Assembly (NCBI RefSeq): GCF_963921235.1
Contig: NC_086108.1
Location: forward strand, 94,490,001 to 94,554,000
DNA: 64,000 nt
Origin: Mobula hypostoma
Taxonomy: Eukaryota
Direction of reading: 5' to 3'
Both the position numbers and the translations under genes were made by a program. Shown one piece after another: positions 11,655 through 23,414 of the stretch (the first letter of the stretch is position 1; each line of letters starts with the position of its first letter). The notes under the pieces were generated by a model that saw only the letters and a list, made by a program, of their open reading frames with translations, was not told the DNA's origin and did not search any database.

Positions 11655-14130
11655 AAATGGTTGTATCGCTAGGATAGGCAGGAAGGCATAGGCGGTGGTG
11701 TAGCTCCGTTGGTAAGAGATGGAATTACATCTTTGAAAGAGGTGACAAAGGGACAGAGAATGTTGAACCTTTGAGGGTGGAGTTAAAAAATTGAAAGGGT
11801 AAAAAAAAAGAGGATCAGATATAGGTCTCCAAATAGTAGCTAAGATGCAGGTTGAGATTGCAACGGGAGCTGGAAAAGGTTTGTGATAAGGGTAATGTCA
11901 CAGTTGTAATGGAGGACTTCAATATGCAAGAGGATTGGGAAAATCAGGTTGGTGACAGATCACGAGAGGGAATTTGTTGAATGTCCACAAGATGGCTTTT
12001 TCGAGCAGCTTCTGCTCGAGCTTACTCAGCGAAAGGCTATCCAAGATTGGATGTTGTGTGATAACCAGATCTTATTAGAGAGTTTAACAAAGGAACCCTT
12101 AGGAGGCAGTGACCATAATATGATTGAATTCACACTGCAATTTGAGAGGGAGAAGCATAACTCATATGTATCTGTATCACAATGGAATAAAGGGAATTAC
12201 AGGTGGACTGGAGGAGGATACTGGTGAGGATGTGAGGATGACGGCAGAGCAGAGATGGCTGAAGTTTATGGGAATAGTTCACAAGGCACAAAATAGACAT
12301 GTCCCACAGAGCAAGAAGTTCTCAAATGGCAAGGTAGGCAACCGTGGCTAATTAAGGAAGTTAAAGAGTAAAGGGAAGTGAGAGTTGATATTGGACCACT
12401 GGAAAATGATGCTGGTGATATACTAATGGGGAACAAAGAAATGGCAGATGAACTTAATGGGTACTTTGCATCTGTCTTCACTGTGGAAGACATTAGCCAA
12501 TGGTCCGCGAGTGTCGGGGAGCAGAAGCGAGTGCTTTTGCTATTACAAAGGAAAAAGTGCAAGGCAAACTGAAAGGTTTTAAGTGGATAAGTGATCTGGG
12601 CCAGACAGACTACATCCCAGAGTTGCTGAAGAGGTAACGGATGCATTGGTCATAATCTTTCAAGAATCACTTGATTCTGGTATGGTCACGGACCACTGGA
12701 AGATTGCAAATATCACTCCAATCTTTAAGAGGGGAGGAAGGCAAAAGAAAGGAAATTAAAGGTCAGTTAACCTAACCTCAATGGAAACTGTTGGACTCAA
12801 TTATTAAGGATGAGGTTTCAAGGTACTTGGAGATTAATGATAAAATAAGTCAAAGCCAGCATGGTTTCTGTCAGGGGAAATCTTGCCTGACAAATCTGTT
12901 GGAATTCTTCAAGGAATTAACAAGCAAGGTGGACAAAGGAGCGGAAGTAGATGTTATTTACTTGGATTTTCAGAAGGCGTTTGATAAGATGCCACACACG
13001 AGGCTGCTTAACAAAATAAAATCCTATGACGTTACAGGAAAGGTACTGGCATGGACAGCAGAATGGCTGACAGGTAGGAGGCAGAGAGTGGGAATAAAAG
13101 GGGTCTTTTCTAGTTGGCTGCTGATGACTAGCGGTGTTCCACAGGGGTTAGTATTGGGACCGCTGCTTTTCACATTGTTTGTCAATGATTTAGACAATGG
13201 AATTGATGGCTCTGTGGCAAATTTTGTGGATGATATAAAGGTAGGTGGAGGGGTAGGTAGTGTTGAGGAAGCAATGCGATTGCAACAGGAGTTAAACAAA
13301 TTGGAAGAATGTGCAAAAATTGGCAGATGGAATAGTATTGAGAAATGTATGACAATGCATTTTGGTAAAAAGAACAAAAGTGTGGATTATCTGAATGGAG
13401 AGAAGGTTTAAACATCAGAGGTGCAGAGGGACTTAGGAGTCCTCGTGCAAGACTCCCAGAAGGTTAACTTACATGTTGAATCTGTGGTAAAGAAGGTAAA
13501 TGCAACGTTGACATTTATTTCAAGAGGAATCGAATACAAAAGCAAGAGGTAATGCTGAGCCCTTATAAGACACTAGTCAGGGCACAGTTGGAGTATCGTC
13601 AACTGTTTTGGGCCCCATATCTCAGAAAGGATGTGTTGCAATTGGAGAGAGTCCAGAGGAGGTTCACAAGGACGATTCTGGGAATGAAGGGGTTAACGTA
13701 TGAGAAGCATTTGGCAGCTTTGGGCCCGTACTCACCGGAATTTAGAAGAATGCATGGGAATATCATTGAAACTTGCCGAATGTTGAAAGGACTAGATAGG
13801 GTGGATGTGGAGTGGACGTTTCCTATGGTGGGGGTAACCAGAACTAGAGGGCACAGCCTCAAAATTGAGGGCAACGCTTTAGAACAGAGGTAAGGAGGAT
13901 TTTTTTTTAAAGCGAGAGAGTAGTAAATCTGTGGAATGCTCTTCCACAGACTGTGCGTATACTTAAGGCAGAAGTTGATAATTTCCTGATCAGTCAGGGC
14001 GTCAAAGGATATAGCGAGAAGGCAAGTATATGGGGTTGAGTGGGATCCGGAATCAGTCATGATGGAATAGCAGAGCAGACTCATGGGCTGAATGGCCTAA
14101 TTCTGCACCCATGACTTCTGGTCTAATGGT
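11655..14130 (+). mobile_element. CR1 LINE ORF2 remnant with internal deletions
   Basis: GGSDHNMIEF, SQHGFCQGKSCLTNL, YLDFQKAFDK and SGVPQG, followed by a 3' tail. Confidence 0.92.
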
Positions 14131-15164
14131 AGAGTTATTTTGCTGGACTTGTTCTTCGATCGATCCTGACTTCTAGATTGCTAGTTGAGTGATTTAATCA
14201 CTTTGCTATTACACACTGTACCATTTGTTTTACTATTTAAAACTACAATGTTACTGATTGCACTAGTACTTCAATTGTATACTGAAGTAACCACAGTAGC
14301 ATTCCTTCATTTTATGTTCTGAAGATAACTGAAGATATTTTCCTAGCAATTTGATGGCTGATGAAAAGCAGTTCTGATTCCACAGTCATACCACAAAATA
14401 AATTCAAGCCACCCATTTGCATGCCAGATGCTAGCTATACATATCAAAATAAGGAACACAAATTAATTTACACAGCATACAAATTGAATAGAAGTCGGTC
14501 TGAGCAAAACAAAAGTATGGTACTAGGCCTCACCCACAGGGAGGTTCCATCCCTATATACTGCCAAAGGTACAGACGAAAACCAGAGGAAAAAATAAGAT
14601 CTATATTCTTACACACTGCTGAGAACACAGGAGAGAGAATGAGAATCCAATTTCACAGTCTGATGGTTTCTCAGGCGCTCCCACTAAGGCATCCAATTTC
14701 CATCTTCCCAACTGTATTTGATTTTTATTAAATAGAAGGGATTCAGACACTTTCAGTTTATTTTGTACACCTCAAATTTGTTTTCACTTGTCGAAATTGT
14801 AGAACGTCACCTTCTTTGATCTCCTGCCTAAAGTTCACAGTTTCTCTTTGTACATGGTTTAATTTTAGTAATTCTTTTCAGTGTTGAGAGAAAATGGGAT
14901 CGTTTGGACAGTACTCTGTGAAGCAGAGCTCAACTTGTCTTTTTATTAAGTGTTTCATCCTAATATTTACATAATGATAGAATCAAGTTAACTTTTAATT
15001 CTAAAATTCTTTACATAGCCATGTATTTCTACTCTCTTCATAGAACATTAATAAATGTACTCTATTTGTTGTTCAAATGGAAATAGAAACTGCTTGAATA
15101 ACTTAATTCATTTAATTTTATATTTAATATAGAGCTCAACTTTATCAAAATAAATCTTCTGATG

Positions 15165-15880
15165 AATTATACATTATAGGACCTGTCCTGGACCCATCAT
15201 ATAAATGTATTGCAAAGAAAGCACAACAGCGCCTCTACTTCCTCAGGAGTCTGCAGAAATTCAGCATGATGTCAAAAACCATGACAAACTTCTATAGATG
15301 TGTACTGGAAAGTGTATTTACTGGCTGCATTACGGCCTGGTATGGTATGGAAACACCAATTCCTTTGAGTGGAAAATCCTACAAAAGGTAGTGGATTCAG
15401 TCCAGTACATCACAAGCAAAGTCCTCCCAACCATCAAGCATATCTACATGAAATGCTGTCGTAGGAAAGCAGCATCCAATATCAAAGATCCTCACCACCC
15501 AGGCCATCTTCTTTTCTTGCTGCTGCCAACAGGTAGAAGGTACAAGTGCTCACACCACCACATGCAAGAGCAGTTGCTACCTCCCAACCATCAGGCTCTT
15601 CAACAAGAAGATAACTACACTCATCTATTGAGAAGTTCCCACAACCAATGATCTCACTTTAAGGACTTTATCGTGTTATTTCATTCTCTTGTCATTTATT
15701 GCTATTTATTTATATTTGCATTTGCACAGTCTGTTGTCTTCTATGCTTGTGCTCTTTCACTGCTACTGTTTACAGTTACTATTCTATAGATTTGCTGAGT
15801 ATGCCTGCAGGAAAAAAAATCTCAAGGTTGTATCTGGGGACATGTATGTACTCTGATTTCAGAGTAATTTTACTTTGAAC
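15165..15880 (+). mobile_element. Rex1/Babar-like LINE 3' fragment
   Basis: KAQQRLYFLR-type motif, WYGN, IKDPHHPGH and the shared Rex-type tail. Confidence 0.8.
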
Positions 15881-16404
15881 GATTGATCTGAACAGCCACG
15901 AAAGCTCCTTTTTCCTGCAGATCTAGCTATTTTGTAGGTTAACCGTGCAAGCACCCAACTGGTTACAGCCGGTGTTAATTAGGATCCAAGCAATAAGCTG
16001 TTTGGATCTTTTCTCTCAAAAACTAAAAGTAGATGCTCAGGACAATTAGACATCATGTCAAAAGAAACATCACAAAAACAGCCGCATGTCAGAATAACTC
16101 ATGATAGAACTTTATCTAGACACTCATTTTCTTCTCTGATAATTTGCCACCCATCTACTTGAGGTTGGCCTCAGACTCTATCTAATATTTTTCCTCTAGA
16201 AAATCCATATACGCACACATTGGGGAACAAGTTCTTCTTTAAATACAGTGATTAATTTCTAGGCCATTTGTATCAAGTGACTCTTTAATGTGCACTGTTG
16301 TAAACGAAAGCAATTTTTACATAGTTGCACCTCATGATTCAAAAACTGACTTAATGCTTAAGTGTCAATGGAAGTTACTTTTTAAAATTTGCTTTTAGGT
16401 ATTT

Positions 16405-16870
16405 AATTAGAATCAGGATTATTACCACCAATACATGTCATGAAATGTATAGCTTTGTGGCAACAGTACAGTGCAGGCTTAAATTATTTCAAGTTAAATA
16501 TTAGTATATACCCAAGTAGTGAAAAAGAGCAATAGGGAGGTGGCGTCATGAGTTCATGGACCGTTCAGAAACCTGATGGCAGAGGAGAAATGAACTGCTC
16601 CTAAAACATTAAGTGTGGATCTTCAGAACCCTGTACCTCCTCCTTGATGGCAGTAACGAGAAGAGGACATGTCTCAGATGGTGAGGGTACTTCATGATAG
16701 ATGCTGTCTTACTGAGGCATTCCCTTCTCACAATGTCCTCAATGGTGGGAACTCTGTGTCTGTGACGGAGTTTGCTGAGTCTACAACCCTCTTAACCATT
16801 CTGTGCATTGGCATCTCTGTACTAGATGGTGATGCAACCAATGAGAATGCTTTCCATTGTAAACATTTTA
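16405..16870 (-). mobile_element. Rex1/Babar-like LINE 3' fragment
   Basis: Reverse-complement similarity to the Rex-type copy at 27920-28400. Confidence 0.65.
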
Positions 16871-17021
16871 ATCTGCTTATTAATGTCTTTAGAACATCAT
16901 TGGGCATACTTATGTTTGGAGTGTATATGGAGATTGCCTTCATGACATCCCTGCGAGAAGCTCAAGGCCCTATCCTCACAGTTAATGAGGATTTTAATAT
17001 AAAGTTACTGCAACTTCACCA

Positions 17022-17730
17022 GTAAGACCATAAACCACAGGAGCATAATTAGGCCACTCGCCCCATTGAGTCTGCTCCACCATTCAATGGCTTATTTATT
17101 ATCCCTCTCAGCACGTTTTCTGCCTTCTCCCTATTACTTTAGATGACCTTACTAAGCAAGAACCTATCAACCTCTACTTTAAATATACTCAATGACTTTG
17201 CCTCCAGAGCTGCCTGTGGCTAAAGAAATTCATCCTCATCCCTGTGCAAAAGAGACACTCTTCTTCCTTCTTTTCTGAGGCTGTGCCCTTTGGTCTTAAG
17301 ACTCCTCCACTATAGGAAACATCCTCTCCACATTCACTCTATCTAGGCCTTCCTCATTCTTCTAAACTCCAGCCAGCTCAGGCCCAGTGCCATCAAATGC
17401 TCCTCATAAGTTAATCCTTTAATTCCTGGAATCATTCTCGTGAACCTCCTTTGGATCCCCTCCAATGACAACACATTCATTCTTCTTAGATCATGAAGCC
17501 AGAATAGCTCATGATACTCTAAGTACGATCTGACCCATTATATGCTTGTTAACATTTCATTTGCCTTCCTTGCCACCTGCAAATTAACCTTTAAGGAATC
17601 CTGCATGAGGACTCCCTGCGTACCACTGATTTCAGAATTTTCTTTCCCTTTAGAAAATAGTTTGCCTTTTTTTTCCTTCTACCAAAGTGCATGACCAAAC
17701 ACCTCCTTACACTACATTCCATCTGCACCT
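17022..17730 (-). mobile_element. CR1 LINE 3' fragment
   Basis: Reverse complement of a CR1 ORF2 end and tail. Confidence 0.85.
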
Positions 17731-18639
17731 TACTACAAAAGTCCCCAATAAAAAATTAAATTTTTAGATTTTAAATAAAAAGTAAAAACCTCTGAGAGGA
17801 TTCCAGGAGGCAGAGGCAGCGTGAGCGAACCTTGTAGCGAGAAGGCTGCAGGATGGCGCACGAGCCAAGGCTTGATTCCATTTCACCAGTTATAGCTTCC
17901 ACTGTTCACCGATTAAAGCGATGAGGGCAATTGAAACTTCGAGGCAAATGCAGAGGCCTGGAGATCGTTTGGGTGCTCCAGCACTCTGCAGTCTCCAAGA
18001 GGATTCTGGGAGGCAGAGCAAACCTCATAGCAGGCAGGCTGCGAGACGGGGCACAACCCAATATTTTGCTTCATTTCACCAAATTAAAGCCTTCATTGTT
18101 CATCAACTAAAGCGAGGAGGGAGATGAAGCATCAAAGCGAGTGCAGAGTGTGAGCAATGTACCAGAGGGGGGCGAGCCTGTGAGCAATGCACTGGAGAGG
18201 GGTGAGCCTGCCACTGCAGCCAGAGTGTTGCCCAGGCCCAGGTGTTTTTTTTTCCACGACTTGGACTATAGACTTTATTTCAGTCTTATAGTTTTTATAT
18301 TCTGTGTTTCTTCACCCAATCTTCTTGTTTTTTTTAAAAAAAGCAGAGATGGGGATTTGGAGGTGGAGGTCATTGTGCCTGATGTGTTTTGTTCATTGTT
18401 TGTGCGGAAAGGGATTTGGGGGTTGATGAGCCTGTTCCATTTTTTTTGTGGGGCAGTGGGATTTGGGGGTGGATGACCATGCTGCTTTTCTTTTTTTTTT
18501 GGTTTCATGGCTACTCAGAGAACTGGAGAATTTCTGAATTTCATACTTCGAAAATAAATTAACCTTTAAACCTTTAATATAGACATAACCCTATAAATGA
18601 CAACATACAATAGCTTGAACGTCTACAAATATTACTTAC

Positions 18640-18803
18640 TTTTGCAAATAGTTCCTGTTGTTGCCGTAATAATTCTTCTTCTGGTATGCCCAGGTTCTCT
18701 AGTCGTGAGCTTGCTTTTCTCCTCTTCAGTGCTACTGTTTTGCACTCTTGCAAGACTTCTTTTACTTCACTAATGTACGAGCAAAACCCAAGACTTTCCA
18801 GGG
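18640..18803 (-). CDS. DR1: DR1 coding exon 2 (164 nt)
   Basis: Acceptor tttttttttag|CC and donor AAA|GTAAGT. Encodes (A)LESLGFCSYISEVKEVLQECKTVALKRRKASSRLENLGIPEEELLRQQQELFAK. Phases fit exon 1 and exon 3. Confidence 0.98.
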
Positions 18804-18989
18804 CTAAAAAAAAAGAAATTATATTATAAGTGTTTGCGCATACTGTATCTAAAATTTCCAACCAATTAAATAAAAAGTGTACCGCTAAAGAGTTGAAGCA
18901 GAGCAATGTGACAGCCTGCATCTGTTTGTGACCTTTTTCCACCAACTGGAACATTCTTATTTTCAACCAAGTATCAGTTATTTAGTCAA

Positions 18990-19960
18990 GAATATGGAAC
19001 AGAATAGTACAGCACAGTACAGGCCATTCAGCTCACAATGCCGTGCTGACCCTTTAACTTACTCCAGGATCAATCTAACCCTACTCTTCCTTAATAATCT
19101 TTCATTTTACTGTCATCCATGTAACTAAGAGTTCTTTTTTTAAATGCCCCTAAATATATCTGCCTCTACCCCCCCCCCCACTGGAGGGGTGGGGGGCAGT
19201 GTGTTCCATGCACCTACCACTCTGTAAAATAGCTATCTTTGATTTCCCTCCAAACAAAATAATGCACCCCCCACCCCTCCCCAGTTAGCTATTTCTGCCC
19301 TGGGCATAAGTCACTGGCTGTTTACTTTATTGATGCCTTTTATAATCTTGTACACCTCTATCAAGTCACCTCTCATCCTCCTTCACTTCAAAGAGGAAAG
19401 CGCTAGCTCACTTAAGGTTGATTTATACTTGTGCATACTGGCTATGCCGTAGTGAGCACGCGTAGTTCTGTCTGTGTCGCTCAGCAATTCACCGTCAAAA
19501 CGCTAGTTGGCGGTGGGGTTTCTATGCCACTGTGTTGAGTTTCTTCGTGAGAGACATGGACAAGGAAATGCATTTCAAATATTTTCAGATGTCGGCAGGC
19601 AAATTTGATGACTTGATTCATCGTCTCCAACGATGTATTTCGCATCAGTGCACAGACATGGCGGAGAAGAGCAACTGGAAATGCGTAGGAGGAAATGCGA
19701 TGCTACCAAGCCGACCAATCACAGTTGTTGCAGTCTGTGTCGCCGAAACACGCGAGTTACATTTCTGGGGAGGTGCACATCACCCTACAGCATAGGGTAC
19801 GCAGTACCTACAGCGTACATTTGACGCAGAAGTATAAATTGGGCTTTAGCCTATCCTCATAAGAGACACCGGTAAATCTCCCGTGCATCCTCTCTAAAGC
19901 TTCCATATTCTTCCTATAATGAGGCAACTAGAACTAAACGCAATATTGCAAGTGTGGTCC
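18990..19960 (-). mobile_element. CR1 3' fragment interrupted by a Harbinger element
   Basis: CR1 tail near 19000-19050. The host sequence rejoins across 19415-19845. Confidence 0.75.
19415..19845 (+). mobile_element. Internally deleted PIF/Harbinger DNA transposon
   Basis: TTA TSDs at 19412-19414 and 19846-19848. Imperfect TIRs AGGTTGATTTATACTTGTGC / AGCCCAATTTATACTTCTGC. Remnant peptide [20 protein letters not shown] resembles the N-terminus of a Harbinger transposase. Confidence 0.8.
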
Positions 19961-21774
19961 AGCAGACGAGGCAATCCAAGGCGGCAGGTCATGTGGCTGA
20001 GAGTGTATTGAAGTGACAGGGTCTGGGTTCGAGGGACAAATCAGCTGTTTAAGTGTGGGGCCAGATTTAAAGGGTCAGGGTACCGGGCCAGAGGAGAGGG
20101 ATGGGCCAGTGTTCAGCTCACTCCTCAAAGCGAGGTTTACTCATCTCTGTGCTGAATCGAGGCTGTGGCCTGCAGCTAATGGGCTCTAGGATCAGCAGTG
20201 ACTGGCTTTGTGGCTGCAAATTCACTTTCATGAACTTCAGTTCTGAATGTTATTTGCTTATTTTTTAATTGTTTGCACAATGTTCTTTTTTTTTGAAAAT
20301 TTGCTGTTTGACTTTTTTTTAAAAAAGGGTTCTACCGTGTTTCTTTATTTTGGGGCTGCCTGTAAGGAGGTGGATCTCAAGTTGTATACAGCATATGTAC
20401 TTTGAACTTCTAACTAGTGTATAGAGCTGCAAAATTACTTTGCGATTCTTGAACTATACTTAAGCATGGTGTACCTCGTCATACCGTCTGGGACATGCAA
20501 GTGGATCAACTATTGAATTCTGAACACGAGTAAGCAAGTTGGGAAAGTGAGTAGTCAGCAGAAGTAATGACCCAACTTCATGGCTGAACTTTTTTTTAAA
20601 TAAGCATTCTCTAAAGGCAATAATTACTGACTTACACTTCCAATTTTCTTTTAAACGTTAAAAGGAGGTGTAGAGATGGAAAATTATTGAAGTATGCATC
20701 TTTGTACTTTAGTCACATGATAACAAAATGGCACACTTCCCTCCAAATGGCAGCTTTAGATGTCAGCTGGATGTAGTTCTAGATAGCAGCACCAATTTCA
20801 GCTGTTTGGTGGGAGCCATTTTTTAAAACATTTAAAATTAAGCATTTTGTTATATGCCAGCAGTAGCCTCTACATTTCAACATTCACATACAAAAAAAAG
20901 CGTTCATCTTTGTCCTTTGCACTACTTTCTGCTTAAGTATTTTTTTAAAGTTCTATTTAAGTAATTCACTTACCTGCTTCTTGAATATTCCAGTTTTGCT
21001 TTAGGATACAAGAAGTTCTCTTACTATGTTGTACCAACCCTAACATATATGACCTCTCAGCCAATTCTAGCCAAGTCAAAAGATAAACATGATTGCATCA
21101 GGCAAAAAAATACACCAACTGGTTTTCAAGTGCCAATTTGAAACTGGGATTTTGGTTTTCCAGTTACTCAATTAAACCCTATAATGTAGATACAGTGTCC
21201 AAAAGGCTATTATTTAAAAAGAGCACCTGCAACTTTTAATAAATCTTATTCCCAAAGTAAATTAGCAATGGTTTAAACACCCTGGATGAGAAGCAATTCA
21301 AGCCAAAGGAGTTAATGATTGAACTGTGTTAGTATTGTCAATTTTCAGCAGCTTGCTACCAGAATTTCAGAACAAAATTGCTATTGAGTGTAGCATGGTA
21401 CACTTTGGGATAGAGAGAACAAATCCAATACCAGAGGAATGCTCACAGACAGGACCCCATCCTTGACTAAAAACATGTTGAACATTGAGAGCATTACCCA
21501 AATAATCAGAAAGTAATCATTTACAACATTTTAGCACATATTTACAGAACTGTCCTAAACATGTCAGGTTCCACAACAAACTCCTCACCTGCCATTGCTC
21601 CTGGATGAACAGAATTTCATCTAAAAAAAAATGGGAGGTTCAAAGTCACTATAAGCTAAGTTCCTTAGCCCATGTCTTGATCACTAAGAATGCACTAGCC
21701 TTTTGCACAATTATACCATCCTACAAGGCTTTTGGCACAATGGCCACCATCAGTCAGGGCACTGAGGTAGTTGT

Positions 21775-22565
21775 ACAACATGGTGTGAGCAGAATTATCT
21801 GCAGCTTAATGTGAAAAAGACTAAGGAGCTGGTGGTAAACCTGAGGAGAGCTAAGGTACCGGTGACCCCTATTTTCATCCAGGGGGGTCAGTGTGGACAT
21901 GGTGGAGGATTATAAATACATGGGGATACGTATTGACAATAAACTGGACTGATCAAAGAACACTGAGGCTGTCTACAAGAAGGATCAGAGCTGTCTCTAT
22001 TTCCTGAGGAGACTGAGGTCCTTTAACATCTGCTGGACGATGCCGAGGATGTTCTACGAGTCTGTGGTGGCCAGTGCTATCATGTTTGCTGTTGTGTGCT
22101 GGGGCAGCAGGCTGAGGGTAGCAGACACCAACAGAATCAACAAACTCATTCGTAAGGCCAGTGATGTTGTGGGGATGGAACTGGACTCTCTCATGGTGGC
22201 GTGTGAAAAGAGGATGCTGACTAAGTTGTATGCCATCTTGGTCAATGTCTCCCATCCACTACATAATGTACTGGGTGGGCACAGGAGTACATTCAGCCAG
22301 AGACTCATTCCTCCAAGATGCAGCACAGAGCGTCATAGGAAGTCATTCCTGCCTGTGGCCATCAAACTTTACAACTCCTCCCTTGGAGGGTCAGACACCC
22401 TGAGCCAATAGGCTGGTCCTGGACTTATTTCATAATTTACTGGCATAATTTACATATTACTATTTAACTATTTATGGTTCTATTACTATTTATTATTTAT
22501 GGTGCAACTGTAACGAAAACCAATTTCCCCCTGGGATCAATAAATGAAGTATAACTATGACTATG
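21775..22565 (+). mobile_element. Rex1/Babar-like LINE 3' fragment (young subfamily)
   Basis: KTKELVV, LYFLRRLRSF, MFYESVVASAIMFAVVCWG and RKSFLPVAIKLYN. AATAAA followed by a (TATGAC)-type tail. Confidence 0.85.
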
Positions 22566-22589
22566 TACAAGACAATGATGAGGCTGCAA

Positions 22590-23335
22590 TTGGAATTGTT
22601 CTCTCCGTGATTCCCTTGTATATTCATCCCCCTCCACTAATCACCTTCTGGGCACTTATTCCTAGAAGCAGAAGCAGTGCTCCACCTACCAATTCACCTC
22701 CACTCAGGGCCCCAATGCAGCCTCTTCTCTATTAATGAGACCCGATATAGCTTTGTGGAGTGCCTTCAGTCCGTCCACAAAAATCAGAATTTCCCAGTGG
22801 CCAATCATTTCAATTCCACTTCTCATTCGAACATGTTGGTCCATGACCTCCTCTACTGCCACGATGAGGCCATTCTCAGATTGGAGGAGCAATACCTCAT
22901 ATTCCATCTGGGCAGCCTCCAACCTGATGAGCTGAACATCAATTTCTCTAACTTTTGATAATTCCACCCCCCCACCCCTTTTCTTCAATTCCCCACTCTA
23001 GCTCTCATCCTCACCTATTGATTACCTCCCCCTCACTCCTGGTGCCCCTCCTCCTGCTCTTTCTCCCATGGTTAACTCTCCTCTATCGGACTCCTTTTCT
23101 AACCCTTTACCTTTTCTACCCATCACCTCCCAGCTTCTTACTTCATTCCCCCCCCCCCACTTCTCTCACCCACCTGGTATCACCCTTCACTTTCTAGCTT
23201 GTACCCCGCCCCCACCATCATTCTCATTCTTATCCCCCTTCCTTTCCAGTCCTAATGAAGGGTCTCAGTCTGAAACACCAACTATTTATTCACTTCCATA
23301 GATGCTGCCCTCCAGCATTTTGTGTGTGTTCATTT
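22590..23335 (+). mobile_element. Penelope-like element remnant (GIY-YIG end and pLTR)
   Basis: INETR..FVECL..PVANHFN..LEEQYLIFHLGSLQP. A pyrimidine-rich tract and a degenerate hammerhead motif near 23247-23283 follow. Confidence 0.8.
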
Positions 23336-23414
23336 GAAATACTAAATTCTGCTTTGGTCATCCTGGTACAAGGAAGATGGCATTAACATGAAAAAAAAGG
23401 GATTGGGGTTGGGG

